From Nanobdellota archaeon (GTDB lineage Archaea > Nanobdellota > Nanobdellia > Woesearchaeales > GW2011-AR4), in NCBI GenBank assembly GCA_038046385.1, contig JBBSWH010000006.1, positions 32,001-96,000 of the forward strand: DNA of 64,000 nt, written 5' to 3'. The translations under genes were made by a program, and so were the position numbers. The notes beneath the pieces were generated by a model. That model was not told the origin of the DNA, made no database searches, and saw only the letters and a program-made list of their open reading frames with translations. Position 1 is the first letter of the stretch. Each line of letters opens with the position of its first letter. Below, one piece after another: positions 27,111 to 37,138 of the stretch.

Positions 27111-27515
27111 ATGAAAGCAGTCACACAAGAACACCCTATGGGTTGTGCTGTCGCATGTACTGCGTCGTTAATTGGTAAAAATTATATGTCAACTTTGATT
27201 CTTTTTTCTCACCCTGAGTACGCCTCGACAAGAGGATATTATTGCAAAGAAATCTGTGACGCTTTGAATAAAGCAAATTTGAATTATATTTGGAAAAGGG
27301 TAACTGCCTCCACGATGCCCTTTTTGCAGAGAAATGGGATTATAGTTTTCGTAAAAAAATCCAGTAAGTATCCTGCAGGGCATTTCTTGTTAAAAACTAA
27401 AAAAGGATGGATGAATTCATGGATCAATTATCCTTCAATTAAACCGGCAAAGGCCGGTTTTCAGAGAAGCTTGCCGGGTAACGCTCAATGGGTAATCTTC
27501 CCTTTGGATTCATAA
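27111..27515 (+). CDS. Putative C39-like cysteine peptidase domain
   Basis: Q-x5-C (QEHPMGC.VAC), GH, WMN spacing. Confidence 0.55.
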   Translation: MKAVTQEHPMGCAVACTASLIGKNYMSTLILFSHPEYASTRGYYCKEICDALNKANLNYIWKRVTASTMPFLQRNGIIVFVKKSSKYPAGHFLLKTKKGWMNSWINYPSIKPAKAGFQRSLPGNAQWVIFPLDS

Positions 27516-27593
27516 TTTATTTTAGTGAACTTCTTATTTCACACTAAACTTTTTTTAAGAAAGAATTATAAATCTTGTATATGGCTAAATTTT

Positions 27594-27935
27594 ATGAGTG
27601 ACCATACAAGTCATGAAGGACATGCGCAGCCTGATTATTCTGGAGTAATGAAGACTTATGAAAGCCTTAAGGGACATGGCTTGAAAGCAGAAGCTGATGC
27701 AGTCATGAAGGGTATTTCAGACAAATACCCAAAAAACCAGTCTGCACCACCAGAAGAAATACAGCACGGGTTGGAAGCATTGGTGAAAAAGCATGGACGA
27801 GGACATACACCCTCTGCAGGCCATGCAGCACCAGCTAAAAGCACAGTGTTGGACACTTTAGTGAAGCTTGCTGCAGCTGCTGCAATTGTCGGATTAGTTG
27901 CAGGCGGAATCCCTCCTTATATGCCGCCAGTCTAA
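27594..27935 (+). CDS. Hypothetical His/Ala-rich protein with C-terminal TM
   Basis: Start MSDH about 30 nt after TTATAAAT. Confidence 0.6.
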   Translation: MSDHTSHEGHAQPDYSGVMKTYESLKGHGLKAEADAVMKGISDKYPKNQSAPPEEIQHGLEALVKKHGRGHTPSAGHAAPAKSTVLDTLVKLAAAAAIVGLVAGGIPPYMPPV

Positions 27936-27993
27936 TTCCCGAAAAATCTTATTTTTAGATAATTTTATAAACAAGAATTCTGGAATGGTTTTC

Positions 27994-28473
27994 ATGGAAT
28001 CAAAGCCCTATCTGATTGACTGGACAATGAATTATGTCAAAAACAAGGACTTAGTTTTAAAAAAGCTTGAAAGTATCCAGAAAGAAAAAGACGGCTTTGA
28101 CCTGTATGTCAAATATAAAGACAGGGAAAACTACTTCATTGTGATGCCTGTGCTAAGCGACATGAATTCTTTGCTGCAGAGGCTGAATGGAACAGCATAT
28201 TATACGATTGTAACGCTTAATTCAGAGGGAAATTTCAAGATGCTTATTGAGAACTGGAGCAAGCTTGTGCATTTTAAATTCTTAAACATGATATTTGTGA
28301 ATCCTTTCTCGAATATGGATAAAAGATGGGTGATATTCCCCCATACGCATGACAAGATATGCGATGCTGCTTCTTTAAAGACAGGATTAAAATCCATGTT
28401 TGAGATGGTTGAGCCGATAGAAGAGAGTTCTTTTTTGTCAAATGTCAAAAATTTAAATTTTACGAATAAATAA
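27994..28473 (+). CDS. Conserved hypothetical protein
   Basis: Start 30 nt after TTTATAAA; FVNP...KRW.I.P.TH..I. Confidence 0.7.
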   Translation: MESKPYLIDWTMNYVKNKDLVLKKLESIQKEKDGFDLYVKYKDRENYFIVMPVLSDMNSLLQRLNGTAYYTIVTLNSEGNFKMLIENWSKLVHFKFLNMIFVNPFSNMDKRWVIFPHTHDKICDAASLKTGLKSMFEMVEPIEESSFLSNVKNLNFTNK

Positions 28474-28537
28474 TAAATTTTTGAGCATGCTAGAAAATGT
28501 AATATTTTTTATAGAATGATTGTACATTTTCTACAGA

Positions 28538-29146
28538 TTAAAGAGTAAAATAAATTATCTGGCCAGCGAATCCTGCAAATAAAGGTATTAAAAGATTGTC
28601 ATCAAGCTCGTCTACAACCGTTTCCACTATTGTCGCGACAAAAGCCATGCCGAGTATAATATAGATATTTTCCAGTATAAAAAATCCCACTATCAAGTTG
28701 GTTACAAGCTCCGCTATAAATCCTGCCCATGTCTTGTTTCTGTGGATTAAAGTGTGGCCATATTTTTTTCCGACCAATGCAGCCATCATATCGCCGAAGG
28801 TCGTCATCAGCAATGCTGCCAATGCAATCTTATAATCAAAAACTGCCAATGCGATTATGGTTGCTGAAAGAAAATAAATAACACCGTACATCCTTGTCTG
28901 CTCTTTCGGCCTTATGAACTGGGAAAAGAAAGGCATTCTCCAGTTTAACTCTAATCTTAAGTATTCAAAAATCAGGAATAAAATTAACAGAGCAACGAGG
29001 AATAATAAAGCAATCTGCTTTGCCAAAACAGTTGATTTTCCTGCTTCAATCAGGTTGTCTTGGATTATTGAATAAGTGAAAAGAACAATCAGTATTGTTA
29101 TGTGGATTATTTTTCTTCCAATCTCGTGAAACCAGCTCCAAGTCAT
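28538..29146 (-). CDS. Second polyprenol/dolichol kinase-like membrane protein
   Basis: RKIIH, FGD..AALVG, KTW.G, DDNL.IP. Confidence 0.85.
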   Translation of the reverse strand: MTWSWFHEIGRKIIHITILIVLFTYSIIQDNLIEAGKSTVLAKQIALLFLVALLILFLIFEYLRLELNWRMPFFSQFIRPKEQTRMYGVIYFLSATIIALAVFDYKIALAALLMTTFGDMMAALVGKKYGHTLIHRNKTWAGFIAELVTNLIVGFFILENIYIILGMAFVATIVETVVDELDDNLLIPLFAGFAGQIIYFTL

Positions 29147-29192
29147 AGAGGATATTCTTTGTGTTTGTGTATATATAAGTTTCTAAAGAGAA

Positions 29193-29309
29193 TACGGCTG
29201 CCGGGATTCGAACCCGGGTAGCAAGCTCTCGCCGACTTCGTCTGCGAATACTTCTCGAACATCTCGGAGTCTTGGGAAGCTCGAATAATAGCCACTATAT
29301 CACAGCCGT
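29193..29309 (-). tRNA. tRNA-Gly(CCC) with 45-nt intron at 37/38 (29228-29272)
   Basis: ACGGCTG/CAGCCGT acceptor stem, CGAGC-TT-CCC-A|intron|A-GCTTG, CCGGG-TTCGAAT-CCCGG. Confidence 0.9.
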
Positions 29310-29466
29310 ATAATAATGACGTAATTGTTATTTATTATAAATTTTATTGTGAATTTTTGATGTTACTCATTAGATAATAAAATTACAAACTCAAAACATA
29401 AAATTTAAATATAAACCCAACCAAAAAATTCCGAAAGGTGAGAATATAGACAAAAACACAGATGCA

Positions 29467-29787
29467 ATGATTAAGTGTTACAAGTGCGGCAACGAGTACA
29501 CTATGGACAAGATGAGAATGGAATCCAGCAAGATGAGACTAGTGTGCAGAAACTGCCTTGAAGGAAAACAGGTCGTAAAGCAGGAGACAAAGCAAGCAGG
29601 AAAGCCGGTAAAAAGCGAAGCGTCTCCTATGCAGGACTACTTCTGCAAGGGGTGTAAGTACAGCTTTAAGAGGGCAAAGCATCTTGACATAAGAACGTGC
29701 CCATACTGCGACTCAAAATCAGTCATAACCAGAGGAAGCACAGCCAGAATCATAGCTGATGCTGCCAAAATGAAAGGTGACTTTTAG
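29467..29787 (+). CDS. Double Zn-ribbon protein
   Basis: Four CxxC pairs separated by a Lys/Gln linker. Confidence 0.8.
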   Translation: MIKCYKCGNEYTMDKMRMESSKMRLVCRNCLEGKQVVKQETKQAGKPVKSEASPMQDYFCKGCKYSFKRAKHLDIRTCPYCDSKSVITRGSTARIIADAAKMKGDF

Positions 29788-30104
29788 TGGGAGATGTTCT
29801 TGTTCCGTGCAAGAAATGCGGCAACAAAGTGCCTTCAACAACATTGAAGCTTGACCTAGATATAGGGATGGTAATATGCCCGGACTGCATCAAAAACAAG
29901 AAAATACACAAAGAGATAGAGAAAGAAGCGTTTCATAAGCAGGATGCAAAGCAGGCTCCATTGCCTCAAAAGAAAGCAGAGGAAGATAAGCCATTAAAGT
30001 CAATGCACAAATGTCAGTCATGCGATTATCTTTTCAAGGTGAATTATGATACAAAAACACCGAAGAACTGCCCATACTGCGGATCTAGGATATTGAGGTT
30101 TTAA
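29787..30104 (+). CDS. Double Zn-ribbon protein, paralogue of the upstream gene
   Basis: Same CxxC layout ending CPYC; AGGTGA SD, GTG start. Confidence 0.8.
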   Translation: MGDVLVPCKKCGNKVPSTTLKLDLDIGMVICPDCIKNKKIHKEIEKEAFHKQDAKQAPLPQKKAEEDKPLKSMHKCQSCDYLFKVNYDTKTPKNCPYCGSRILRF

Positions 30105-30488
30105 ATGAAAGGCAAACTAGAAGGAATTGGAGGATGGTTGATTCTATTCCAAATAAGTTTGTGGTATAGTGTTTTAAACGTAGGATGGAGCTTATTTTCA
30201 GGAGTAATAGCTGCACCGCTTAGTGATTCAAGAGGTGGCTATTTATTAGTGTTTTTTGCATTTCTTTGTGTTACAGCAATTTCACTATTATTCTTTTATA
30301 AGAAAAAGAGATTTTTTGTTAAATGGATGTTGATAAGCAGTTGGGCAGCCCTCCTAATTTTACTTTGGGTAAGATGGCCTATCCCTACTTATCTCCTCGG
30401 AGGCACTTTTGCATCGGCAGCCGTATTGATAGTTATGAGCGCTTATCTATTAAGGTCTAATAGAGTAAAAAATACTTTTATTAATTGA
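30105..30488 (+). CDS. DUF2569-like membrane protein
   Basis: GIGGWL N-terminus and Y...S.RVKNTF C-terminus. Confidence 0.75.
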   Translation: MKGKLEGIGGWLILFQISLWYSVLNVGWSLFSGVIAAPLSDSRGGYLLVFFAFLCVTAISLLFFYKKKRFFVKWMLISSWAALLILLWVRWPIPTYLLGGTFASAAVLIVMSAYLLRSNRVKNTFIN

Positions 30489-30567
30489 GTTTTCTAAAAC
30501 CTAACTAAAGTCAAACAGGATTATTTCTAGCCCATTAAGAAGTAATTATGAAGATAGTCATCAAAAC

Positions 30568-30855
30568 TTATTCTTCGTCTTTTCCTTCTTTGTCAGCGCC
30601 TTCGTTGTATGAAGGAACTGCTGCCTTGCTGATAATCATGATATCGCCGATTGACTTAACAAGCTGGTTAGGCACGATGACTCCTTTTGCAGATCCAAGA
30701 ACTTTGTTCAGGAATGAATTCTTTGTTGCCCTTACTCTCCAGCCAAATACTTTGTTTGAGGTCAATATTGACTCTTCAACATCCCCGAAGTACTCTCCGC
30801 TGTCTGTAAAGACTCGCATATCGTAAGTTTCACTTATTTTTTTCATTTTTAACAT
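30568..30855 (-). CDS. PRC-barrel protein (CdpB-like)
   Basis: VFTDSGEYFGDVEE, IVP...V.SIGDIMII. Confidence 0.85.
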   Translation of the reverse strand: MLKMKKISETYDMRVFTDSGEYFGDVEESILTSNKVFGWRVRATKNSFLNKVLGSAKGVIVPNQLVKSIGDIMIISKAAVPSYNEGADKEGKDEE

Positions 30856-30996
30856 TTGGAATCACCTTTTGGTTTACTAAATTATCTTTTGCTGATTTTT
30901 TTATCTACTGGCTAGTATATAAACTTTTTGGATGTATAGGTATTTTTAGGTTGTGCCGGCAAAGGGTTTTAAAAACAAAGTGAATTGCATAATACT

Positions 30997-31695
30997 ATGA
31001 ACTACAAAAACGTAACATTTCTTGGAACGTCGCATATAGCAAAGCAGAGCCTGGATGAGGTAAAACACCATATAGAACAGGGGAAACCGGATATAGTTGC
31101 AATAGAGCTTGACAGGGCAAGATTGCCTGCCTTAATGAGCAAAACAAGGCCAAAAATAGAATTAAGGGTTATAAGGCATATTGGGCTAAAGGGATTTATT
31201 TTCTCTTTATTGGGAGCTTGGGCTGAAAAGAAGCTTGGAAAACTTGTGGGTGTTGCTCCTGGAAGCGAGATGAAGCAAGCCATATTGCTTGCAAGGAAGA
31301 ACAAAATAGAGCTTGCTTTGGTTGACCAGGACATTGCAATAACACTTCAAAGGCTGTCAAAAGCAATAACATGGAAAGAAAAATGGAACTTTGCTGCTGA
31401 TGTTTTCAAGGCAATGTTTTCAGGGAAGAAAGAGATTGAATTTGATTTACGGACAGTGCCTGAGAAGACGATAATAAAAAAATTAACTTCAAAACTAAAA
31501 GAAAGATATCCTAATATCTACAAAGTGCTGATTGAAGAAAGGAATACAGTTATTGCCAATAATATAAAAAAATTGATGACGAAAAATCCAGATAAAAAAA
31601 TACTTGTTATTCTTGGAGCAGGGCATATTGATGAGGTTCTGGAATTGGTTAAAAGTGAAGGGCCTTCCATAAGCTTCAGCTTTTCTGTTGGGTAG
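30997..31695 (+). CDS. TraB family protein
   Basis: LGTSH, VAIELD..R, PGSEM, LI.ERN, GAGH. Confidence 0.9.
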   Translation: MNYKNVTFLGTSHIAKQSLDEVKHHIEQGKPDIVAIELDRARLPALMSKTRPKIELRVIRHIGLKGFIFSLLGAWAEKKLGKLVGVAPGSEMKQAILLARKNKIELALVDQDIAITLQRLSKAITWKEKWNFAADVFKAMFSGKKEIEFDLRTVPEKTIIKKLTSKLKERYPNIYKVLIEERNTVIANNIKKLMTKNPDKKILVILGAGHIDEVLELVKSEGPSISFSFSVG

Positions 31696-31737
31696 TTTTT
31701 CGATATGTTTAAATAAAGAAAATTGAAATTATTTCCT

Positions 31738-32496
31738 ATGGCAGAGTTTGTTGACCTTAGGGATAAGATAAGCAAATACTATAAATTCACTCCTGCAGAA
31801 TTCAGGGGGATTATAATATCAATCCTTGTTCTTGCTTTCATTATTTCTTTCAAAAACTGGGGGACTACAACATTCAACCCGGGGGAAGGGCTTTTCAACC
31901 TTTTTAACGCAATCCTCATTGTGGCGCTGTCTTTCCTTGTGCATGACGCAGGCCAGCGCATCTGGGGGCTTGCAATCGGCTACAGGGTAGAGTATAAGTT
32001 TTCTGCATTATGGCTAATGATAGCTGTAATTTTGGCTTTCATATCAAACGGATCATTATGGCTGATAATACCCGGCGGCTTTATGGTGCATCATCTTGCC
32101 GGCCACAGGCTTGGTTTTTTTAGATATGGTATAAACTATTTTGGGCAGGCAATGGTTGCGCTTGCAGGGCCTTTGTCAAGCCTGATTTTGCTCATATTTT
32201 TGAAGATGATTTACGCAGTAGCGCCAAATACGCTTATTGAAAAAGCAATAATGTTCAACGTAATTTACATAATAACCAGCATGCTTCCAATTCCGCCGCT
32301 TGACGGCAGCAAGATAATCTTCGGGAGCAGGATGACTTATGCGTTTTTACTTCCGGCAATCATTATTGCCACTATATTGATGATAATCAACATACCCGTA
32401 TTCCTTGCACTTGTCTTATCGATGATAATTGGAACAATTTTATGGCTTTGGTATTACATAAGCTTTGAAAGAAAAATCTGGTCAGGACCTAAGTGA
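31738..32496 (+). CDS. M50 (S2P)-like membrane protein with degenerate zinc motif
   Basis: HDAGQ in place of HExxH; ALAGP, PIPPLDG. Confidence 0.75.
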   Translation: MAEFVDLRDKISKYYKFTPAEFRGIIISILVLAFIISFKNWGTTTFNPGEGLFNLFNAILIVALSFLVHDAGQRIWGLAIGYRVEYKFSALWLMIAVILAFISNGSLWLIIPGGFMVHHLAGHRLGFFRYGINYFGQAMVALAGPLSSLILLIFLKMIYAVAPNTLIEKAIMFNVIYIITSMLPIPPLDGSKIIFGSRMTYAFLLPAIIIATILMIINIPVFLALVLSMIIGTILWLWYYISFERKIWSGPK

Positions 32497-32501
32497 TTGC
32501 T

Positions 32502-32825
32502 ATGTCAGACGTACACAGAAGACTTATTGAGTGGTTTGCAGCCGGCTTGATGATTATTGGAGTTCTTATAGCAGTTATTGTGCCAAGCGCGGTTATAAGC
32601 TACATCATAATGCTACTTTTCGGGATTTTTACTGGCAGGATTATGGTTAAAATCCATCATAAGGAGCATATGCCGTATATACTAATGCTTGGGGGGTTTG
32701 TTATAGGCTATCTTCTTGGCGTTTATTATGGAAGCAGGCTTATTGTGTTGGTATCGTTCATTGTAGGTGTATATATTGGTCATTATTTATACAAAAAAGG
32801 GATACTAAAGGATTCTAGCTTCTGA
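32502..32825 (+). CDS. Small multi-TM protein
   Basis: Four hydrophobic segments. Confidence 0.7.
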   Translation: MSDVHRRLIEWFAAGLMIIGVLIAVIVPSAVISYIIMLLFGIFTGRIMVKIHHKEHMPYILMLGGFVIGYLLGVYYGSRLIVLVSFIVGVYIGHYLYKKGILKDSSF

Positions 32826-32864
32826 ATGGTTAACCTGTAGGGTGGATTGTTTGTCCTGCAATAC

Positions 32865-32894
32865 CACTGGACATCTCCAGATAACCTATTTAAA
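32865..32894 (+). promoter_or_regulatory. CACTGGACATC motif plus TATA box (TATTTAAA at 32887), hef promoter
   Basis: Motif-TATA offset 22; ATG 30 nt after TATA start. Confidence 0.75.
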
Positions 32895-32916
32895 TCCAGA
32901 TGTTCTCTTCATCCAT

Positions 32917-35139
32917 ATGATAAAGAACTTTGAGCCAAGGCTGTATCAGCAGACTATACTGGCAACAGCTGCGGAAAAGAACACGCTTGTAGTACTCCCT
33001 ACAGGCCTTGGAAAGACAAACATATTCCTTATGCTTACTGCACAGAGGCTTAAACAGTATCCTAATTCTAAAGTTCTTTTTATCGGGCCAACAAAACCGT
33101 TGATTGACCAGTACCTTGCTGTTTTCAAGGAGCATTTCCAGATAGATGAAGATGAAATGGCCGTTTTCACAGGAATGGTAAGCCCGGAAAAAAGAGGGGA
33201 ATTATGGAAAAAATCAAAGATTATTTTTTCAACTCCTCAAGGGCTGGAAAACGATATAATAGGCAACAAAATAAATCTTGAAGAAGTTTGCTTGCTTGGT
33301 GTTGATGAAGCGCATAGGGCTGTTGGCGATTATGCTTATGTGTTTGTTGCAAAGCAGTTCATGAAATTATCAAATCATCCAAGGATAATCGCTTTGACTG
33401 CTTCTCCGGGAAGCGACATGGAAAAAATACAAGAGGTATGCAAAAATCTTTTCATAGAAGACATCGAAGTAAGAACTGATGAGGATTCTGACGTAAAGCA
33501 GTATGTGCAAGACATCCAAGTTGACTGGGTAAAGCTTCCGCTGCCTAAGATTTTCATTGACATACAAAAATTTTTGTTGCTTTTCATAAAAGAAAGATTT
33601 GAAAAATTAAAAAGTCTTGGTGTCTTGAAAAAAACCGATGTGAGGTATATCTCAAAATCTGACCTTTTGCAGCTGCAAGGAGAGTTAAGAAGCCGCATTT
33701 CACAGGGCGACAAGGATTTCTCAATGTGGAATGCAATATCAATTGTTGCAGAAATGATGAAAGTTTATCATGCGCTTGAATTGCTTGAAACGCAGGGGAT
33801 AGCTTCGTTGCAAAAATATTTTGAAAAACTGACAGCTGAATCAAGAACTTCATCAACGAAAGCCATCAAGTCAATAATGTCTGATGCGAATTTCAAGTCA
33901 GCTATGATAAAGGCAAGCATTCTGCACGAGGAAAAAGTTGAGCATCCAAAGCTGATTGAGCTGCAGAACATTATCAACAATGAAGTGAAAAAATCAAAGG
34001 ATGTCAAGATAATAGTTTTCAACCAGTACAGGGATAATGCTCTTGACATAACGCATAAACTTAACACAATTGAAAATGTCAAATCCAGAATTTTCGTCGG
34101 ACAGCAAAAGAAGAATGAAACCGGGATGAGCCAGAAAGAGCAAAAGCAGATGCTTGATGATTTCAGAGCAGGATTGTTTAATGTTCTTGTTGCAACTTCA
34201 ATAGGAGAAGAAGGACTCGATATACCAAGAGTTGATCTTGTAATTTTCTTTGAGCCGATACCAAGCGCTATAAGAAGCATCCAGAGGCGCGGAAGAACGG
34301 GAAGGCAGGAGAAAGGAAGAGTCATAATACTTATGTCAGAAGGGACAAGGGATGAAGCTTATCGGTGGGTTGCGCATCACAAGGAAAAAAAGATGCACAG
34401 AAATCTGCTTGAATTAAGGAAAAAACTTAATTTATCGCTGTATGAGAAGAAAAAAGATGTTTCTCTTGCGAAATTTTCAGAAGAGAAAGTGATTATATTT
34501 GCAGACTACAGGGAAAAGGGAAGCGGAGTCATAAAGGAGCTTGCTGAAAGCAATGTAACGCTTAATCTTGAAAGGCTGGAGTATGCTGATTATGTATTGT
34601 CATCAAGATGTGGGGTTGAAATCAAAACCGTTGAAGATTTTGTTGATTCCATAATTGACGGAAGACTTTTGCAGCAAATTAAGAACTTAAAAAATAATTT
34701 TGAGAGGCCTGTTGTATTAATAGAAGGAGAGCAGGACATTTATTCTGTAAGAAACGTGCATCACAATGCAATCCTCGGAATGATGGCCACGATTACTGTT
34801 TCTTATGGAATACCCCTTGTGCAGACAAAGAATTTCAAGGAGACTGCCGGGTTTTTGCACATAATTGCAAAAAGGGAGCAGGATGAAGTAGGAAAAGAAT
34901 TTAGCGTTCATGCAGACCGCAAGCCAGTGTCATTGAAAGAGCAGCAGGAGTATGTTGTAAGCTCACTGCCCGGGATGGGGTTAAACTTAGCTAAACCAAT
35001 GCTAAAGCACTTCAAGACAATAAAGAATATTGTAAATGCTGATTTAAAGGAACTGCAGGAAGTCGAGAAGATTGGGCCGTCAAAGGCGAAGCAGATAAGA
35101 GATGTTTTTGATAGCGAATATAAAGAAAACGACAAGTAA
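32917..35139 (+). CDS. hef: Hef helicase/nuclease (FANCM-like SF2 helicase, ERCC4, HhH)
   Basis: PRLYQ, LPTGLGKT, DEAH, TASPG, QRRGRTGR, ADY....VEIK; start probably MIKNFEPR. Confidence 0.95.
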   Translation: MIKNFEPRLYQQTILATAAEKNTLVVLPTGLGKTNIFLMLTAQRLKQYPNSKVLFIGPTKPLIDQYLAVFKEHFQIDEDEMAVFTGMVSPEKRGELWKKSKIIFSTPQGLENDIIGNKINLEEVCLLGVDEAHRAVGDYAYVFVAKQFMKLSNHPRIIALTASPGSDMEKIQEVCKNLFIEDIEVRTDEDSDVKQYVQDIQVDWVKLPLPKIFIDIQKFLLLFIKERFEKLKSLGVLKKTDVRYISKSDLLQLQGELRSRISQGDKDFSMWNAISIVAEMMKVYHALELLETQGIASLQKYFEKLTAESRTSSTKAIKSIMSDANFKSAMIKASILHEEKVEHPKLIELQNIINNEVKKSKDVKIIVFNQYRDNALDITHKLNTIENVKSRIFVGQQKKNETGMSQKEQKQMLDDFRAGLFNVLVATSIGEEGLDIPRVDLVIFFEPIPSAIRSIQRRGRTGRQEKGRVIILMSEGTRDEAYRWVAHHKEKKMHRNLLELRKKLNLSLYEKKKDVSLAKFSEEKVIIFADYREKGSGVIKELAESNVTLNLERLEYADYVLSSRCGVEIKTVEDFVDSIIDGRLLQQIKNLKNNFERPVVLIEGEQDIYSVRNVHHNAILGMMATITVSYGIPLVQTKNFKETAGFLHIIAKREQDEVGKEFSVHADRKPVSLKEQQEYVVSSLPGMGLNLAKPMLKHFKTIKNIVNADLKELQEVEKIGPSKAKQIRDVFDSEYKENDK

Positions 35140-35186
35140 TAGTTGAAAGAGTAATATTTATATTCTAATGGTTTTGTTTTATTAGT

Positions 35187-36062
35187 ATGTTTCGCAAATT
35201 CTTCGCGTGGATTATAAGAACGCTAATGGCCATTATTCTTACTACTCTTATTTTCAGCTCTGTTCTGCCGAGTGTTGAAAAAATTATTCCCAGTGTAATT
35301 GGGAATGTTTTCATTCACGCATCTCCTGCTTCACAGCAAGATGTTGTAAACAAACTGTCAGGAGTATGCAAAGAAGCCGCTGGTGAAAAAGTTCCTGCAA
35401 ATATGGCAAACATAGCAGCAGTGTGCAAAGAATACAATGCCGGCAACATGAAAGGGGAAAAATTGTTTGCAGGTTTTGTTAACGTTATCATGGATACAGA
35501 GTTTAACCTTCCCGATTCACAAATCATCAAGAAATACAACAGTTTGCAGGATAATATAAATTCAAAAAAGCCTTTGCTGTTTGGAGTGCTGATTTTGTTG
35601 TTTGTTTTGCTTTATCTTGTCCTTATGAATTTCCGGCTTTTTATTGCTGCATTGGGGTCAATCTGCTTCAGCATGGGGTGGATGATAATGCTGCCCTATT
35701 TCATCATAGTTATTTATGACAATCTTATAGGAATAGACACTACAGCAATATTCTCTGCCATGATAAACAGCACCGGAATTGAGCCAGGCGCAATTATAAG
35801 CGTAATTTTGCTTGTTTTTATGGGTTTGTACAGCCCTGCGCTTATTTTGGTGGGCGTTATTTTGCTTGGAATCGGGATGACTGGATTTATTTACAGATTT
35901 ACTGCAAGAAAGAAGCAGGCTGCTGAAAAGAAAGATGACAAAAAGGCAAAGGATGAAGATAAGGAAGAAAGCGACAAAGAAACTAAAGAAGAAGAGCCTG
36001 ACGAAGAAGAAGCTGAAGAAGAAAAACCTAATAAAAAGAAATCAAAAAAGAAGAAAAATTAA
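35187..36062 (+). CDS. Hypothetical membrane protein with charged tail
   Basis: Several TMs, E/K-rich C-terminus. Confidence 0.7.
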   Translation: MFRKFFAWIIRTLMAIILTTLIFSSVLPSVEKIIPSVIGNVFIHASPASQQDVVNKLSGVCKEAAGEKVPANMANIAAVCKEYNAGNMKGEKLFAGFVNVIMDTEFNLPDSQIIKKYNSLQDNINSKKPLLFGVLILLFVLLYLVLMNFRLFIAALGSICFSMGWMIMLPYFIIVIYDNLIGIDTTAIFSAMINSTGIEPGAIISVILLVFMGLYSPALILVGVILLGIGMTGFIYRFTARKKQAAEKKDDKKAKDEDKEESDKETKEEEPDEEEAEEEKPNKKKSKKKKN

Positions 36063-36901
36063 AATTTCATTGACCTTAATCTCTTAGTTCGTTCTGCAGT
36101 TTGAGGGTGGGTCATAAACAATTTCAAGAAATTGCCGCCCCTGAAAGGATTTGCTATAAACAAATGCGCTGTCGAACTGTTTCCAAAACGCATTGGATTT
36201 ACATCAACATTTTTTTCGATTTTTTCCAGAGCATCTGCAAGATGCTTTCCGTTCCTTACATAAGAAGCTCCTTTTTCGTCTGCAAGATACTCGCGGCTTC
36301 TTGAGATTGCAAGCTGTATAAGAGAAGCAACTATAGGGGTTATTATTGCCAATGCAAGCAATCCGACAATATTTCCTTTTCTGTCATCATCGCGCCCGAA
36401 CATTGCAGACCACATGAACATATTTGCTATGTATGAGATGACTCCTGCAATTGTGCCTGCTACTGTTGAAATTAAAATGTCCCTGTGGTCTATGTGCGCA
36501 AACTCATGCGCTATAACTCCTTTTAATTCATCATCATTTAAAAGTTTTAAAATTCCTTCTGTTGCTGCGACAGCAGCGTGGTTTGGATTACGGCCGGTAG
36601 CGAAGGCGTTTGAAGAATTTGAAGGTATTATGTACACTTTCGGCATTGGCAATTTTGCAAGATGCGATACTTCTTTTACAATCCTGTAAAGCCTTGGCTG
36701 GTCAGACTGCTTTGCTTCCTTTGCCCGGTACATCATAAGGACAATCTTGTCCGAGAACCAGTATGAACCGAGGTTCATAAGCCCTACAAATACCAAAGCA
36801 AAATAAAATCCAGTCTGTCCGAAAAAGCTGCCTATCCATAACAACAATGCTGTCAGCATTGCCAATAGTACGACTGTTTTAAGCTGATTTTGAATTCCCA
36901 T
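36059..36901 (-). CDS. htpX: Zinc metalloprotease HtpX (M48)
   Basis: NAFATGRNP, HEFAH, SRSREYLAD, THP...R. Confidence 0.95.
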   Translation of the reverse strand: MGIQNQLKTVVLLAMLTALLLWIGSFFGQTGFYFALVFVGLMNLGSYWFSDKIVLMMYRAKEAKQSDQPRLYRIVKEVSHLAKLPMPKVYIIPSNSSNAFATGRNPNHAAVAATEGILKLLNDDELKGVIAHEFAHIDHRDILISTVAGTIAGVISYIANMFMWSAMFGRDDDRKGNIVGLLALAIITPIVASLIQLAISRSREYLADEKGASYVRNGKHLADALEKIEKNVDVNPMRFGNSSTAHLFIANPFRGGNFLKLFMTHPQTAERTKRLRSMKF

Positions 36902-36962
36902 AGCAATAATGTAGTGTTTTCTTATTTAAAAAGTTTATGAATGATATGGTTAGGTTAAAATT

Positions 36963-37075
36963 AGTTTTGCCATCGTTCGCATGTGTAAATAGGCGTTTAT
37001 TGCCAAAATTCCCATTGCAATTTCCTTTTGGCTAGCTACTTGATTAGAAGATGCTCACATAGTGATGGCAAAACT
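36963..37075. repeat. Dispersed fold-back element, copy B
   Basis: 12-bp terminal IR AGTTTTGCCATC/GATGGCAAAACT; GTTCGCAT...TTCCCATTGCAATTTCC...ATGCTCAC core. Confidence 0.9.
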
Positions 37076-37138
37076 GACATTTTCAACAAGCCTTCTTTGT
37101 CAGCAAACCTTAAAAACAAAATAGTGTTTCTTGAAGTT

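Noticed and set aside
29193-30488. Integrated element at tRNA-Gly or tRNA-Leu
   Set aside because: No integrase and no duplicated tRNA 3' end seen
37028-37138. N-terminal extension of the primase ORF, and small ORFs 4028-4243, 22353-22631, 58106-58330
   Set aside because: They run through repeat elements, promoters or tRNA; the TATA position supports the downstream ATG
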